This document shows positions 12,717 to 24,860 of a stretch of 49,666 nt of DNA, one piece after another. The translations under genes and the position numbers were made by a program. Within the stretch, counting starts at the first letter, position 1, and the number at the start of each line of letters is the position of its first letter. The notes under the pieces were generated by a model. The model ran no database searches. It saw only the letters and a program-made list of their open reading frames with translations, and had not been told where the DNA came from. Source of the stretch: Chiloscyllium plagiosum (lineage: Eukaryota); NCBI RefSeq assembly GCF_004010195.1, contig NC_057749.1, positions 13,077,276 to 13,126,941 of the forward strand. The letters are read 5' to 3'.

Positions 12717-14330
12717 TTTCTGGATTAGTGGTGCTGGAAGAGCACAGCAGTTCAGGCAGCATCCAAGGAGCAGCAAAATCGACGTTTTGGGCAAAATCCC
12801 TTCATCAGGAATAAAGGCAGAGAGCCTGAAGCATGGAGAGATAAGCAAAAGGAGGGTGGGGGTGGGGAGAAAGTAGCATAGACTACAATGGGTGAGTGGG
12901 GGAGGGGATGAAGGTGATAGGTCATGGAGGAGAGGGTGGAGTGGATAGGTGGAAAAGGAGATAGACAGGTAGGACAAGTCATGGGGACAGTGCTGAGCTG
13001 GAAGTTTGGAACTAGGGTGAGGTGGGGAAAGGGGAAATGAGGAAACTGTTGAAGTCCACATTGATGCCCTGGGGTTGAAGTGTTCCGAGGCGGANNNNNN
13101 NNNNNNNNNNNNNNNNNNNNNNNNNNNNNNNNNNNNNNNNNNNNNNNNNNNNNNNNNNNNNNNNNNNNNNNNNNNNNNNNNNNNNNNNNNNNNNNNNNNN
13201 NNNNNNNNNNNNNNNNNNNNNNNNNNNNNNNNNNNNNNNNNNNNNNNNNNNNNNNNNNNNNNNNNNNNNNNNNNNNNNNNNNNNNNNNNNNNNNNNNNNN
13301 NNNNNNNNNNNNNNNNNNNNNNNNNNNNNNNNNNNNNNNNNNNNNNNNNNNNNNNNNNNNNNNNNNNNNNNNNNNNNNNNNNNNNNNNNNNNNNNNNNNN
13401 NNNNNNNNNNNNNNNNNNNNNNNNNNNNNNNNNNNNNNNNNNNNNNNNNNNNNNNNNNNNNNNNNNNNNNNNNNNNNNNNNNNNNNNNNNNNNNNNNNNN
13501 NNNNNNNNNNNNNNNNNNNNNNNNNNNNNNNNNNNNNNNNNNNNNNNNNNNNNNNNNNNNNNNNNNNNNNNNNNNNNNNNNNNNNNNNNNNNNNNNNNNN
13601 NNNNNNNNNNNNNNNNNNNNNNNNNNNNNNNNNNNNNNNNNNNNNNNNNNNNNNNNNNNNNNNNNNNNNNNNNNNNNNNNNNNNNNNNNNNNNNNNNNNN
13701 NNNNNNNNNNNNNNNNNNNNNNNNNNNNNNNNNNNNNNNNNNNNNNNNNNNNNNNNNNNNNNNNNNNNNNNNNNNNNNNNNNNNNNNNNNNNNNNNNNNN
13801 NNNNNNNNNNNNNNNNNNNNNNNNNNNNNNNNNNNNNCCCATACGTGTGCCCATGGCTACCCCTTTGGTCTGGAGGAAGTGGGAGGATTCAAAGGAGAAA
13901 TTGTTAAGGGTGAGGACCAGTTCGGCCAAACGAATGAGAGTGTCGGTGGAAGGGTACTGTTTGGGACGTCTGGAGATGAAAAAACGGAGGGCTTGGAGGC
14001 CCTGGTCATGGTGGATGGAGGTGTAGAGGGATTGGATATCCATGGTGAAGATGAGGCGTTGGGGGCCGGGGAAACGGAAGTCTTGGAGGAGGTGGAGGGT
14101 GTGGGTGGTGTCTCGAACGTATGTGGGGAGTTCCTGGACTAGGGGGGGTAGGCCAGTGTCGAGGTAGGTAGAGATGAGTTCAATGGGGCAGGAGCATGCT
14201 GAGACAATAGGTCGGCCAGGGTGGTCAGGCTTGTGGATCTTGGGAAGGAGGTAGAACCGGGCAGTGCGGGGTTCCTGGATTATGAGGTGGGAAGCTGTGG
14301 GTGGGAGATCCCCTGTGGTGATGAGGTTTT
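12717..14330 (-). mobile_element. Penelope-like retroelement (RT to 3' end, partly in gap)
   Basis: MDIQSLYTSI...LNNFSFESSHFLQTKGVAMGTRM (PLE RT), RLGTLQPQGIN (end of endonuclease), pseudo-LTR with hammerhead-like core at about 12781-12808. Confidence 0.93.
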
Positions 14331-14806
14331 GATTTTAACCCTAATCCCAAACCCAACCCCAGCGGTAAACCTCACCACAACTCTATCCTTACCCAGACAC
14401 AAACTTCAGATTAGCAGAAAGCACCACATATTTCAGTAAAACAGAAAGCAGGTTGGTGTTGGGGGGATGGGGAGAGAGAGCCACTTCATTCATTCAAACA
14501 GGAATCCCAGCTGAGCCTCTCGATGATGATGAAATGGGAATAAAAACTGACCAAAGTTTAATTCAGGACCCCATTTCCATAAATAATATTAGACCAAGAT
14601 ATTACTTACACTCCCACCTGTTTAGTCACATTAGAGCCTGCTTTCAATTTGCATAATAATAATTTATCTAATTGGAATAAGTCGTGTGGGATTTCTATTA
14701 TAATCAGTTTGATCTCAAGCAAAGCTATAATTATTGTCCCGTTAGCAATGGGGCCAGCCAGGAGTTTGTAAGTAATATGATTTTTTAATGATCTCATTTT
14801 AATCAA

Positions 14807-16392
14807 GTGAATAGTTTTTACAAATATGTTAAGGACAAAAGGGTAACTAGGGAGAAAATAGGGCCCCTCAAAGATCAGCAAGGCGGCCTTTGTATGGAGC
14901 CGCAGAAAATGGGGGAGATACTAAACAAGTATTTTGCATCAGTATTTACTTTGGAAAAGGATATGGAAGATATAGACTGTAGGGAAATAGATGGTGACAT
15001 CTTGCAAAATGTCCAGATTACAGAGGAGGAAGTGCTGGATGTCTTGAAATGCTTAAAGATGGATAAATCCCCAGGACCTGATCAGGTGTACCCAAGAACT
15101 CTGTGGGAAGCTAGAGAAGTGATTGCTGGGCCCCTTATTGAGATATTTGTATCATCGATCATCACAGGTGAGGTGCCGGAAGACTGGAGGTTAGCAAACG
15201 TGGTGCCACTGTTTAAGAAGGGCGGTAAAGACAAACCAGGGAACTATAGACCGGTGAGCCTGACCTCAGTGGTGGGCAAGTTGTTGGAGGGAATCCTGAG
15301 AGACAGGACGTACATGTATTTGGAAAGGCAAGGACTGATTCAGGATAGTCAACATGGCTTTGTGNNNNNNNNNNNNNNNNNNNNNNNNNNNNNNNNNNNN
15401 NNNNNNNNNNNNNNNNNNNNNNNNNNNNNNNNNNNNNNNNNNNNNNNNNNNNNNNNNNNNNNNNNNNNNNNNNNNNNNNNNNNNNNNNNNNNNNNNNNNN
15501 NNNNNNNNNNNNNNNNNNNNNNNNNNNNNNNNNNNNNNNNNNNNNNNNNNNNNNNNNNNNNNNNNNNNNNNNNNNNNNNNNNNNNNNNNNNNNNNNNNNN
15601 NNNNNNNNNNNNNNNNNNNNNNNNNNNNNNNNNNNNNNNNNNNNNNNNNNNNNNNNNNNNNNNNNNNNNNNNNNNNNNNNNNNNNNNNNNNNNNNNNNNN
15701 NNNNNNNNNNNNNNNNNNNNNNNNNNNNNNNNNNNNNNNNNNNNNNNNNNNNNNNNNNNNNNNNNNNNNNNNNNNNNNNNNNNNNNNNNNNNNNNNNNNN
15801 NNNNNNNNNNNNNNNNNNNNNNNNNNNNNNNNNNNNNNNNNNNNNNNNNNNNNNNNNNNNNNNNNNNNNNNNNNNNNNNNNNNNNNNNNNNNNNNNNNNN
15901 NNNNNNNNNNNNNNNNNNNNNNNNNNNNNNNNNTGTTGCCAGGGTTGGAGGATCTGAGCTATAGGGAGAGGCTGAACAGGCTGGGGCTGTTTTCCCTGGA
16001 GCGTCGGAGGCTGAGGGGTGACCTTATAGAGGTTTACAAAATTTTGAGGGGCATGGATAGGATAAATAGGCAAAGTCTTTTCCCTGGGGTAGGGGAGTCC
16101 AGAACTAGAGGTTTAGGATGAGAAGGGAAAGATATAAAAGAGACCTAAGGGGCAACTTTTTCACACAGAGGGTGGTGCGTGTATGGAATGAGCTGCCAGA
16201 GGAAGTGGTGGAGGCTGGTACAACTGCAACATTTAAGAGGCATCTGGATGGGTATATGAATAGGAAAGGTTTGGAGAGATATGGGCCGATTGCTGGCAGT
16301 TGAGACTGGATTGGGTTGGGATATCTGGTTGGCATGGACGGGTTGGTCCGAAGGGTCTGTTTCATGCTGTACATCTCTAGGACTCTATGACT
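14807..16392 (+). mobile_element. CR1 (HER1-like) LINE, 5'-truncated, with gap
   Basis: KSPGPDQVYPR...VPEDWRLANVVPLFKKG...NYRPVSLTSVVGKLLE...SQHGF; typical 3' end. Confidence 0.95.
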
Positions 16393-18126
16393 GGTCTGCA
16401 GCTCCCACAAATCTTCCACTGGGAGCTCATTCTCTAAGTGCAGCAGGGGAAACCTTTCTAACCTTGGAATGATTTGGAGGAAAAGTGTCAGATTTTCCAT
16501 AAAGAGTTCATAGAGCCCACAACCCCTCCTGGGGAGATTTATTCCAGTTCCTTTAAGTATTGCCTTGCACATGTGAGGGACTCCACATACTGTTCATTTC
16601 AGGTCATCGCTTTAACTTGACAGAAGCAAGTCTGATAACTGATGGATAATTGGGCTGAGAGACATTGCAGCCAGTGTTCTAGTTACTACCTTAGCATCCA
16701 CTCTCTGAGTACCAAACATGTTCAAGATTAAGCCAAAAGAATTTATAATCCTCCCTTCCAGTAACCGGCATCCTGCATCTGTTGATAGATGTTTGATGCC
16801 TCTGTTACAATAGCCACCACAAGTATATCATTAACGGTTATACACTTTGGGATCTCCTATGCTTCTCGCTCTGAAGAAGGGTCACTGGACATTGACTCTT
16901 TTTTTTCTCTGCCCAGATGCTGCCAGACCTGCTGAGTTTCTCCAACAACTTGTGTTCTTGTTCCTTTGAAAGGCCACTATTGCAATACAGTTCAGTCCTG
17001 TCATTTCACATCTGGTGATATGACACACCTGAGACAAAACGGAAATAACTGGGTAATTTTCTTGCCATCCAGGTCTGAATTAACATTATTATTATAATAT
17101 AATTGACCTCATGTTGCAGGAGAAATTGTCCTGCGTTTATCAGGAGACATTGATGTAGTTTTGTTGTGAATTGTTTACTGTGTTTAATGGAGACTCTGTT
17201 TAAACAGACTCTGTAGACTGTTTGCCTTTTGGCAAATGATAATAAACCCACAAATGGCATCACTGTGCACAAACACTGAAAGTAATATATTGATTCAAAC
17301 TCCAACTGGCTGTTTTTGGAGAGGAAGAGACTAAGGGATAAAAGTGAGAATGGTGGCAGCTACAAGGGACATCTATTGAAAAGCGAGGCTTGTATCTAAA
17401 TGGCTTTTCTAATCTTTAGTAAATCTAATCTTCTCAAGTCTTTCTGTTTTATTTATTTCACAGCTTCAGTAGAAATGAAACCCAAGCTCATTGTACAGAC
17501 AAGTCTCTCTGTATCAGATCATCTGATACAATCTGCTTCATATTTGTCTACCATTTACAGGTTCCTCCGGTATTTCCAGTGGTTAGGGAGCTAGTGGTGA
17601 GACATCATCAATTTCAAAGAGTGAGAAATGAGATTAAGAGAAATCTCTTTAAACCAGACCTTGCTGTAGTGTGGAACTCTTTACTGCTGAGAGTGGCTGA
17701 GGCAGAGAAATTGTAACTGGCCAAGGAAAATAGGATCTAGTTCAAGTTGAGATAAATAAAGAACTAAGACGAGAGAGCAGGGCATTGTGACAGTGAGGGA
17801 TTGATAAAGGGCTAAGGGGAGAGAAAGCCGGGCACTGGGATTCGTTTGGAGTTGCATGTTGGAGTGGCACACTGTGAGTAGGTTTGAATTTTTACAACAA
17901 ATTGGATATGTTATCGCTGACAGCATCCACATGTATTGACCATTCCTGGCTTCTCTGAATTTGGGAAACTGTGTGGTTTGCATACCCCCACCTGAGGTCA
18001 GTTAAGATTCACCATGTTGCTGTGGGATGGGAATCACATGTAGGCCAGACCATTTAAGGCTGGCAGCTGTCCTTACTCTAAAGACACACTGAACCCCATG
18101 GGTTTTTGCGATAATCAATGGGTTTT

Positions 18127-18432
18127 GGGCGGCACGGTGGCCCAGTGGTTAGCACTGCTGCCTCACAGCGCCTGTAGACCCGGGTTCAATTCCCGACTCA
18201 GGCGACTGACTGTGTGGAGTTTGCACATTCCTCCGGGTGCTCCGGTTTCCTCCCACAGTCCAAAGATGTGCGGGTCAGGTGAATTGGCCATGCTAAATTG
18301 CCCGTAGTGTTAGGTTAAAGGGGTAAAGGTAGGGGTAAGGGTGGGTTGCGCTTCGGCGGGTCGGTGTGGACTTGTTGGGCCGAAGGGCCTGTTTCCACAC
18401 TGTAAGTAATCTAATCTAATCTAATCTAATCT
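18127..18432 (+). mobile_element. HE1-type SINE
   Basis: GGGCGGCACGGTGGCCCAGTGGTTAGCACTGC, B box, (CTAAT)n tail. Confidence 0.88.
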
Positions 18433-18483
18433 GGCTGTTGTTACTTTTACTGTTTGCAGCTTTCACCCTCCACCTGGCTTTCA

Positions 18484-19912
18484 ACACACACACACATGCA
18501 CACACATATGTACATACACACACACACATACACGCATACATACACAGACATACGCACACACACATACACGCATACATACAAACACATACGCACACACATA
18601 CACACACACATACACACATACTCACACACATACTCACACACATACACACACACATACTCACACACACACACAAACACACACAGACACACACACAGTTACG
18701 TACACACACTCACACTCATACACACNNNNNNNNNNNNNNNNNNNNNNNNNNNNNNNNNNNNNNNNNNNNNNNNNNNNNNNNNNNNNNNNNNNNNNNNNNN
18801 NNNNNNNNNNNNNNNNNNNNNNNNNNNNNNNNNNNNNNNNNNNNNNNNNNNNNNNNNNNNNNNNNNNNNNNNNNNNNNNNNNNNNNNNNNNNNNNNNNNN
18901 NNNNNNNNNNNNNNNNNNNNNNNNNNNNNNNNNNNNNNNNNNNNNNNNNNNNNNNNNNNNNNNNNNNNNNNNNNNNNNNNNNNNNNNNNNNNNNNNNNNN
19001 NNNNNNNNNNNNNNNNNNNNNNNNNNNNNNNNNNNNNNNNNNNNNNNNNNNNNNNNNNNNNNNNNNNNNNNNNNNNNNNNNNNNNNNNNNNNNNNNNNNN
19101 NNNNNNNNNNNNNNNNNNNNNNNNNNNNNNNNNNNNNNNNNNNNNNNNNNNNNNNNNNNNNNNNNNNNNNNNNNNNNNNNNNNNNNNNNNNNNNNNNNNN
19201 NNNNNNNNNNNNNNNNNNNNNNNNNNNNNNNNNNNNNNNNNNNNNNNNNNNNNNNNNNNNNNNNNNNNNNNNNNNNNNNNNNNNNNNNNNNNNNNNNNNN
19301 NNNNNNNNNNNNNNNNNNNNNNNNNNNNNNNNNNNNNNNNNNNNNNNNNNNNNNNNNNNNNNNNNNNNNNNNNNNNNNNNNNNNNNNNNNNNNNNNNNNN
19401 NNNNNNNNNNNNNNNNNNNNNNNNNNNNNNNNNNNNNNNNNNNNNNNNNNNNNNNNNNNNNNNNNNNNNNNNNNNNNNNNNNNNNNNNNNNNNNNNNNNN
19501 NNNNNNNNNNNNNNNNNNNNNNNNNNNNNNNNNNNNNNNNNNNNNNNNNNNNNNNNNNNNNNNNNNNNNNNNNNNNNNNNNNNNNNNNNNNNNNNNNNNN
19601 NNNNNNNNNNNNNNNNNNNNNNNNNNNNNNNNNCACTCACACACACACACACACTCACACACGCATACACACACACATACTCACACACACACATACACAC
19701 ACATACTCACACACACAAATACACACATGCTCACAACACACACATACACATACACACGCAAATACACAGACACTCACACACACATACGCACATACATGCA
19801 CACACACATACACACACATGCAAATGCACACACACTCACACACACACACACACACACTCATACACACATATCCACACACACATACACACACATACACATA
19901 TACATACGCACA
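18484..19912. repeat. Compound (CA)n/(CATA)n microsatellite spanning a gap
   Basis: Direct observation. Confidence 0.97.
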
Positions 19913-20299
19913 CGGATTTGTAGATTGGATAGACCGAGGGTCATCAATCTCTAAGGCTTCTATATCCAAATACTGTTTGAATTGCTGAGTGTGTCCAGAA
20001 CTTTCTTATTAATTCAGATTTCCACTATTCAGAGCATTTTTCTTACTAATGAATGAACACCACTGATATATGGTCAGTAACAAGACACTATCAGGGCTAT
20101 TTACTTTCTCCAAAAGGAGAATGATATTCTAGATCAGATCTTCGATTTCCCAACTCTAACCTCAAACATTCAGCTATTTAGCGGTTCAGAGGTTAAACAG
20201 AGACACTGTCTGACCAGGGTTAGATGTGGAGAATCCCATAGCCATATTCCAAAGGGGAAATCATCCAAGATGACATGGCCAATAGTTATCCCTTAACCA

Positions 20300-20450
20300 A
20301 AGCAAATGACCTGTTTATTGTTGCATTTGGGATCTTGCTTTGTACAAACTGTCGTGCTGCATTTTTCGATATTACAATAGTGACCCCAGCCCAAAAACAC
20401 TTTACTGTCTGTGAGGCATTGGGGCATCACGGAGTTGTATAAAATTAAAT
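20300..20450 (+). mobile_element. Decayed Deu-domain (AmnSINE/SacSINE-like) SINE 3' part
   Basis: ttgggatcttgct.tgtacaaa...attacaatagtgac...gcattgggg; matched from memory of the consensus only. Confidence 0.45.
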
Positions 20451-20988
20451 ACCAAAGTGTGTCTTTCTGATCTCTATCCATTGCAGAGCCAGCTGAAGGA
20501 ACCCGAGCAGATTACTGAGAGTGAGCAGGGTGCAGAGCAGTGTTTCCATTTCTACCCACTGTCTACTGAGGAGCATGTGGGTGCAACCGATTGGAATCTC
20601 TGGCCCAGGAGAGGCTCAGCCATACCCCAGGGAGGGTCACTTGTTGAACATTGCCCTGTCTCCCCACCAGCAGGCACCCTGCTGGGAGCTCTACAAAACT
20701 GCACCGATTGTGACAAACACTTGGACACAGAGAAAATACAATTTGCTTTGGGTGCCAATTAATTTAAATGTGCAACTACATTTCAGACAATTAGTTTATG
20801 CTGAAAATGATCAGCGTGACAAATGGTGGGAATGAGTTGGATATCCTTCAGTTAATGGGAAATCTGGGAGAAGGCTGATGGATGTGATTGATGTTTGATG
20901 TAGTGAGCTGTGAAAGTGAGTGGTGAGGGGAGGACTGGGAATGTGTTTCAGATAAAGCTGGATAAACATGGAACTGATCAAAGGTCAG

Positions 20989-21160
20989 AGGTGAGGACTG
21001 CAGATGCTGAAAACCGGAATTTGGATCAGTGTGGTGCTGGAAAAGCACAGCCGGTCAGGCAGCATCCGAGGAGCAGGAAAATCGACGTTTCGGGCAAAAG
21101 CCCTTCATCAGGAAACTTGCCTGACTTGCTGTGCTTTTCCAGCACCACTCTAATCCAAAC
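20989..21160. mobile_element. Palindromic PLE-end insertion with 16-bp TSD and intact hammerhead core
   Basis: ACTGATCAAAGGTCAG at 20973-20988 and 21161-21176. Confidence 0.9.
21084..21111 (-). ncRNA. Minimal hammerhead ribozyme motif (PLE type)
   Basis: CUGAUGA-A-GGGC-UUUU-GCCC-GAAAC-GUC. Confidence 0.7.
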
Positions 21161-22204
21161 ACTGATCAAAGGTCAGCACATCCCAAAGTTCCTTCAACAC
21201 CATCTGAATTTGTGATCCCTCAAGGAACAATGGGAGACAATATCAGTCTGGATTTCACCGGAAAGTTCTGGAATGTCCCCTCCCACTGCCTTTGTTTCTG
21301 TCTCTTGGCACAACCACAGAAAAGTAACGATACACTGAAATCAAGCAGAAAATTCCATTCTGTAAATAAGACTCTGGAACAAATCGACTACAAGGCATTC
21401 CGATCCCCCTCTTTTATTAAACTCATAAATAATATGCAAATGATTGAGAATTTAATGAACTCAGCCTGACAACAGATGATCTATAGCCTTTAATCCAAAG
21501 CTCAGGGAGCTGTTGAAATTTGTGATTCTGTAAATTAAAGAGACCTGAGTTCTGCAACATGTTGTAATTATTTGCGTTCTGAAAAGCTGGTAATTGTGCA
21601 ATATTTAAAAATGATTTTAAACTTTCCTGCTTGTCTGTAGCTACCGTGGGAATTCCAATAACTGACATTGTTGAAATTGCTATCCAAATTCAGCACCTGC
21701 CACTGCAACAATTCAAACCCATTGTCACTCGATCGATGAGGAGAGGCAGGAAGTGGAGGATGAGTTGAGAGAGTGAGGTGAATAGAAGGTGGCTGGAGGC
21801 AGATGGGCTGAGTGGCCTGTTTCTGTGTTGTATGTTTCATATAGTTGTGAACTTTGATCCATAATAACTGAGCTAACACGTACAGATACTGCATTCAGCA
21901 CAAGTTGTGCTTGGATCTGGGATGTTACCCAATGACCATCTGGTGAGAGACTAGAGGAAAGCACAGAGATACTTGATGTGTTTTGTTGGCTGCTGTTCCC
22001 ATTGTTAAATCGGCTGGTAATTGCTCAGGGCTAGTTCTCACAGACAGATGCCTCTCTCTCATTTTGTCCCTGGGGTGAGCCTACAGTCTGCTTGGTGCCC
22101 GGGTGACTTTCTCGCACTGCCTTCTCTTCAACCTCATGCTGAGCCTTCTGCAGCAGCCAATAAAGTACAGAGGTGTCTGACGATACAGGCGAGGCTACTG
22201 GGAC

Positions 22205-22440
22205 TGAGGTGAGGCGATGTCTTCCCCCAGAGAGTGGTGAGCCTGAGGAATTCTCTACCACAGCAAGTGGTCAAGGACAAAGCATTTACTACTTTCAAGA
22301 AAGCGTTACATACAGGTTTTAGGGCTAAAGGGATCAGAGGTATGACGGAGAAAGCAGGAAGAGGGGACTGAGTTGGACAATCAGCCATGATCGTATTGAG
22401 TGCTTACTCCTGTTTCTATTTTTTTGTGTTTCTATGTTTC
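22205..22440 (+). mobile_element. CR1 3' fragment
   Basis: cagagagtggtgagcctg.ggaattctctaccacag...; (TTTCTATG)n tail. Confidence 0.7.
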
Positions 22441-22616
22441 CAAATATCTGGAATCATACACAGTCAAGAAGACCAGAGTTAGCATTTACACAAAACAGCA
22501 CGGTCCTTTTGTCACTGAGCTCACAATGGCTCACCTGATGGATTTGTCTCCATTTGAATGCACAGTTTGTGTTAATGTAACTGGGGATATATTAACACTA
22601 GTGAAATAATTCAACT

Positions 22617-23048
22617 GGGACAGTGTAGAGGGAGCTTTACTCTGTATCTAACCCCATACTGTCCCTGTCCTGGGAGTGCTTGATAGGGACAGTGTAGAGG
22701 GAGGTTTACTCTGTATCTAACCTCGTACTATCCCTGTGCTGGGTGTGTTTGATGGGGGAACAGTGTAGAGGGAGCTTTACTCTGTATCTAACCCCGTGTC
22801 CCTGTGCTGGGTGTGTTTGATGGGGGACAGTGTAGAGGGAGCTTTACTCTGTATCTAACCCCGTGCTGTCCCTGTGCTGGGTGTGTTTGATGGGGGAACA
22901 GTGTAGAGAGAGCTTTACTCTGTATCTAACCCCGTGCTGTGCCTGTGCTGGGTGTGTTTGTTGGGGGACAGTGTAGAGGGAGCTTTACTCTGTATCTAAC
23001 CCCGTGCTGTCCCTGTGCTGGGTGTGTTTGATGGGGGAACAGTGTAGC
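22617..23048. repeat. Minisatellite of about 70 bp, about 6 copies (same family as 10036-10380)
   Basis: CAGTGTAG recurs at about 22621, 22690, 22761, 22828, 22899, 22969 and 23040. Confidence 0.95.
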
Positions 23049-23914
23049 GAGTGTATTATGTTGCAGTGAGCATGTTGCTGTACAGATTATCCAGCGCTGG
23101 ATAAATCTGACCTCTGCATAAGTGACCACATCACTTTCACTTATTGGGATTTTAAACTGAAATGAAAATCAGAGTACGATAACTGGGAATCGAAAATTAA
23201 ATGTTGTATACTGTTGAGCTGTATGTTACATGTTGCTGTTTCGAAGCAGCTGGAAGGAAAATTATAGATCAAATAACACAGAGATTCTTATACATTAAAG
23301 AGATTCTGCCTGGCAACTGCCCTTTGATTGGTTAAGATGCAGAACATGTGAAAAGCTGGAAATTCCAAAAGCAGCAGAGAGTGGGACACAGCCAGTGCCA
23401 GAGACAGTCAGCACCCATCTGTCTCTCTCCGGCTTGGGAAAATGACAGAAAACTCAAAGAAAGCTTATAAGAAGAATTTATTCAAACAAAGGCCAAGGTT
23501 CATTGGATCAAACATTGAGCTGAATAATAATCGTATCTCTACAGTCAACATTTCTCATGATTGTAAAAATTAAAAGTGTGAAGAAAAAATATAACTTTTA
23601 TCCTGTGGTCTGGGCTTTTGGTCTCCAGAATCTTGTTTACCCTGACTATATTTTTTCTACCTTTAGTATTTATGTTAACTAATTGTCTTTTATTTACCTT
23701 AATCCTCATTGAGTGTGTGCGTGTCTGTTTGGGATTTTGAAGGACATAGTTAGTTGTGTAAATTAGAAATCTTTTCTTTTTGAAATTAAGTATATCATAA
23801 TATATATAGATATTTTTCTGCTTTTGAAGATATTTGGTGAGAATTGCTTTAATCCCTGAATAGTGGTCGTTTTGATTTTTGCATTGGGATTATACTGTCT
23901 GATAACTTGTAAAC

Positions 23915-24190
23915 AGCACAGCACTTCCTCAGTACTGACCCTCCGACAGTGCAGCACTTCATCAGTATTAACCCTCTGACAGTGTGGCATTCCCTTAATA
24001 CCGACCCTCCAACAGTGTAGCGCTACCTCAGCGCTGACCCTCCGACAGTGCGGCACTTCCTCAGCACTGACTGTCCGTCAGTGTGGCACTCCCTCAGCAC
24101 TGACCCTCGGACAATGCGGCACTTCCTCAGCACTGACCGTCCGTCAGTGTGGCACTCCCTCAGCACTGATCCTCTGTCAGCGCGGCACTC
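23915..24190. repeat. 33-bp tandem repeat, about 8 copies
   Basis: Unit CACTTCCTCAGTACTGACCCTCCGACAGTGCAG, starting at 23922, 23955 and onward. Confidence 0.93.
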
Positions 24191-24229
24191 TGAGGCTGTG
24201 CCCTCAGGTCCTAGTCTCTCCTACCAATA

Positions 24230-24860
24230 GACTCTTCCCAACATCCACTCTGTCCAGGCCATTCAGTATTCTGTATGTTTGAATTAGATCCCCCTCATCC
24301 TGCTAAACTCCATCGAGTATAAACCCACAGTCCTCAAACATTCCTCATATCTTAAGCTTTTCATTCCTGGGACCATTCTCATGAACTTCCTGTGAGCACA
24401 CTCCAGGGTCAGTACCTCCTTCTTGAGATATGGAGCCCAAAACTGCACATAATACTCTAATGTGGTCTGACCAGAGTCTTGCAGAGCCTCAGAAGTACAT
24501 CCCTGTTTTTATATTCAAGTCCCCTCAAAATAAATGCCATTATTGCATTTGCCTTCCTAACTACTGACTCAACCTGCGAGTTTACTTTGAGAGAATCCTG
24601 GACGAGAACTCTCAAGTCTCTTTGTGCTTCAGAATTCTGAATTTTCTCCCCATTTAGAAAATAGTCCAAGCCTCTATCCTTCCTACAAAAGTGCATGACT
24701 TTAGACTTTCCCACATTGTACTCCATCTACCAGTTCTTTGCCCACTCTCCTAACCTGCCCAAATCCTTCTGCAGCCTCCCCTCCTCCTCAATGCTACCTG
24801 CCCCTTTACCTATCCTTGTATCATTTGCAAACTTTGCCAGAATGCACCCAGTTCCTTCAT
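24230..24860 (-). mobile_element. CR1 RT C-terminal fragment
   Basis: MEYNVGKSKVMHF...QRDLRVLVQDSLKV...KTLVRPH. Confidence 0.88.

Noticed and set aside
13012..16121. ORFs of 255-385 aa
   Set aside because: Lengths are inflated by N-gaps; the real parts are PLE and CR1 fragments.
16390..16572. Protein-like minus-strand ORF start (MCKAILKG...)
   Set aside because: Runs into antisense CR1; no convincing splice sites or known domain.
18416..19988. Long His/Thr- or Cys/Val-rich ORFs
   Set aside because: Translations of a CA microsatellite and an N-gap.
20457..20835. Two overlapping ORFs of about 100 aa after a good acceptor
   Set aside because: No recognisable homology; consistent with chance.
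23915..24190. CRISPR-like periodicity
   Set aside because: Head-to-tail tandem units without unique spacers, in eukaryotic DNA with no cas genes.
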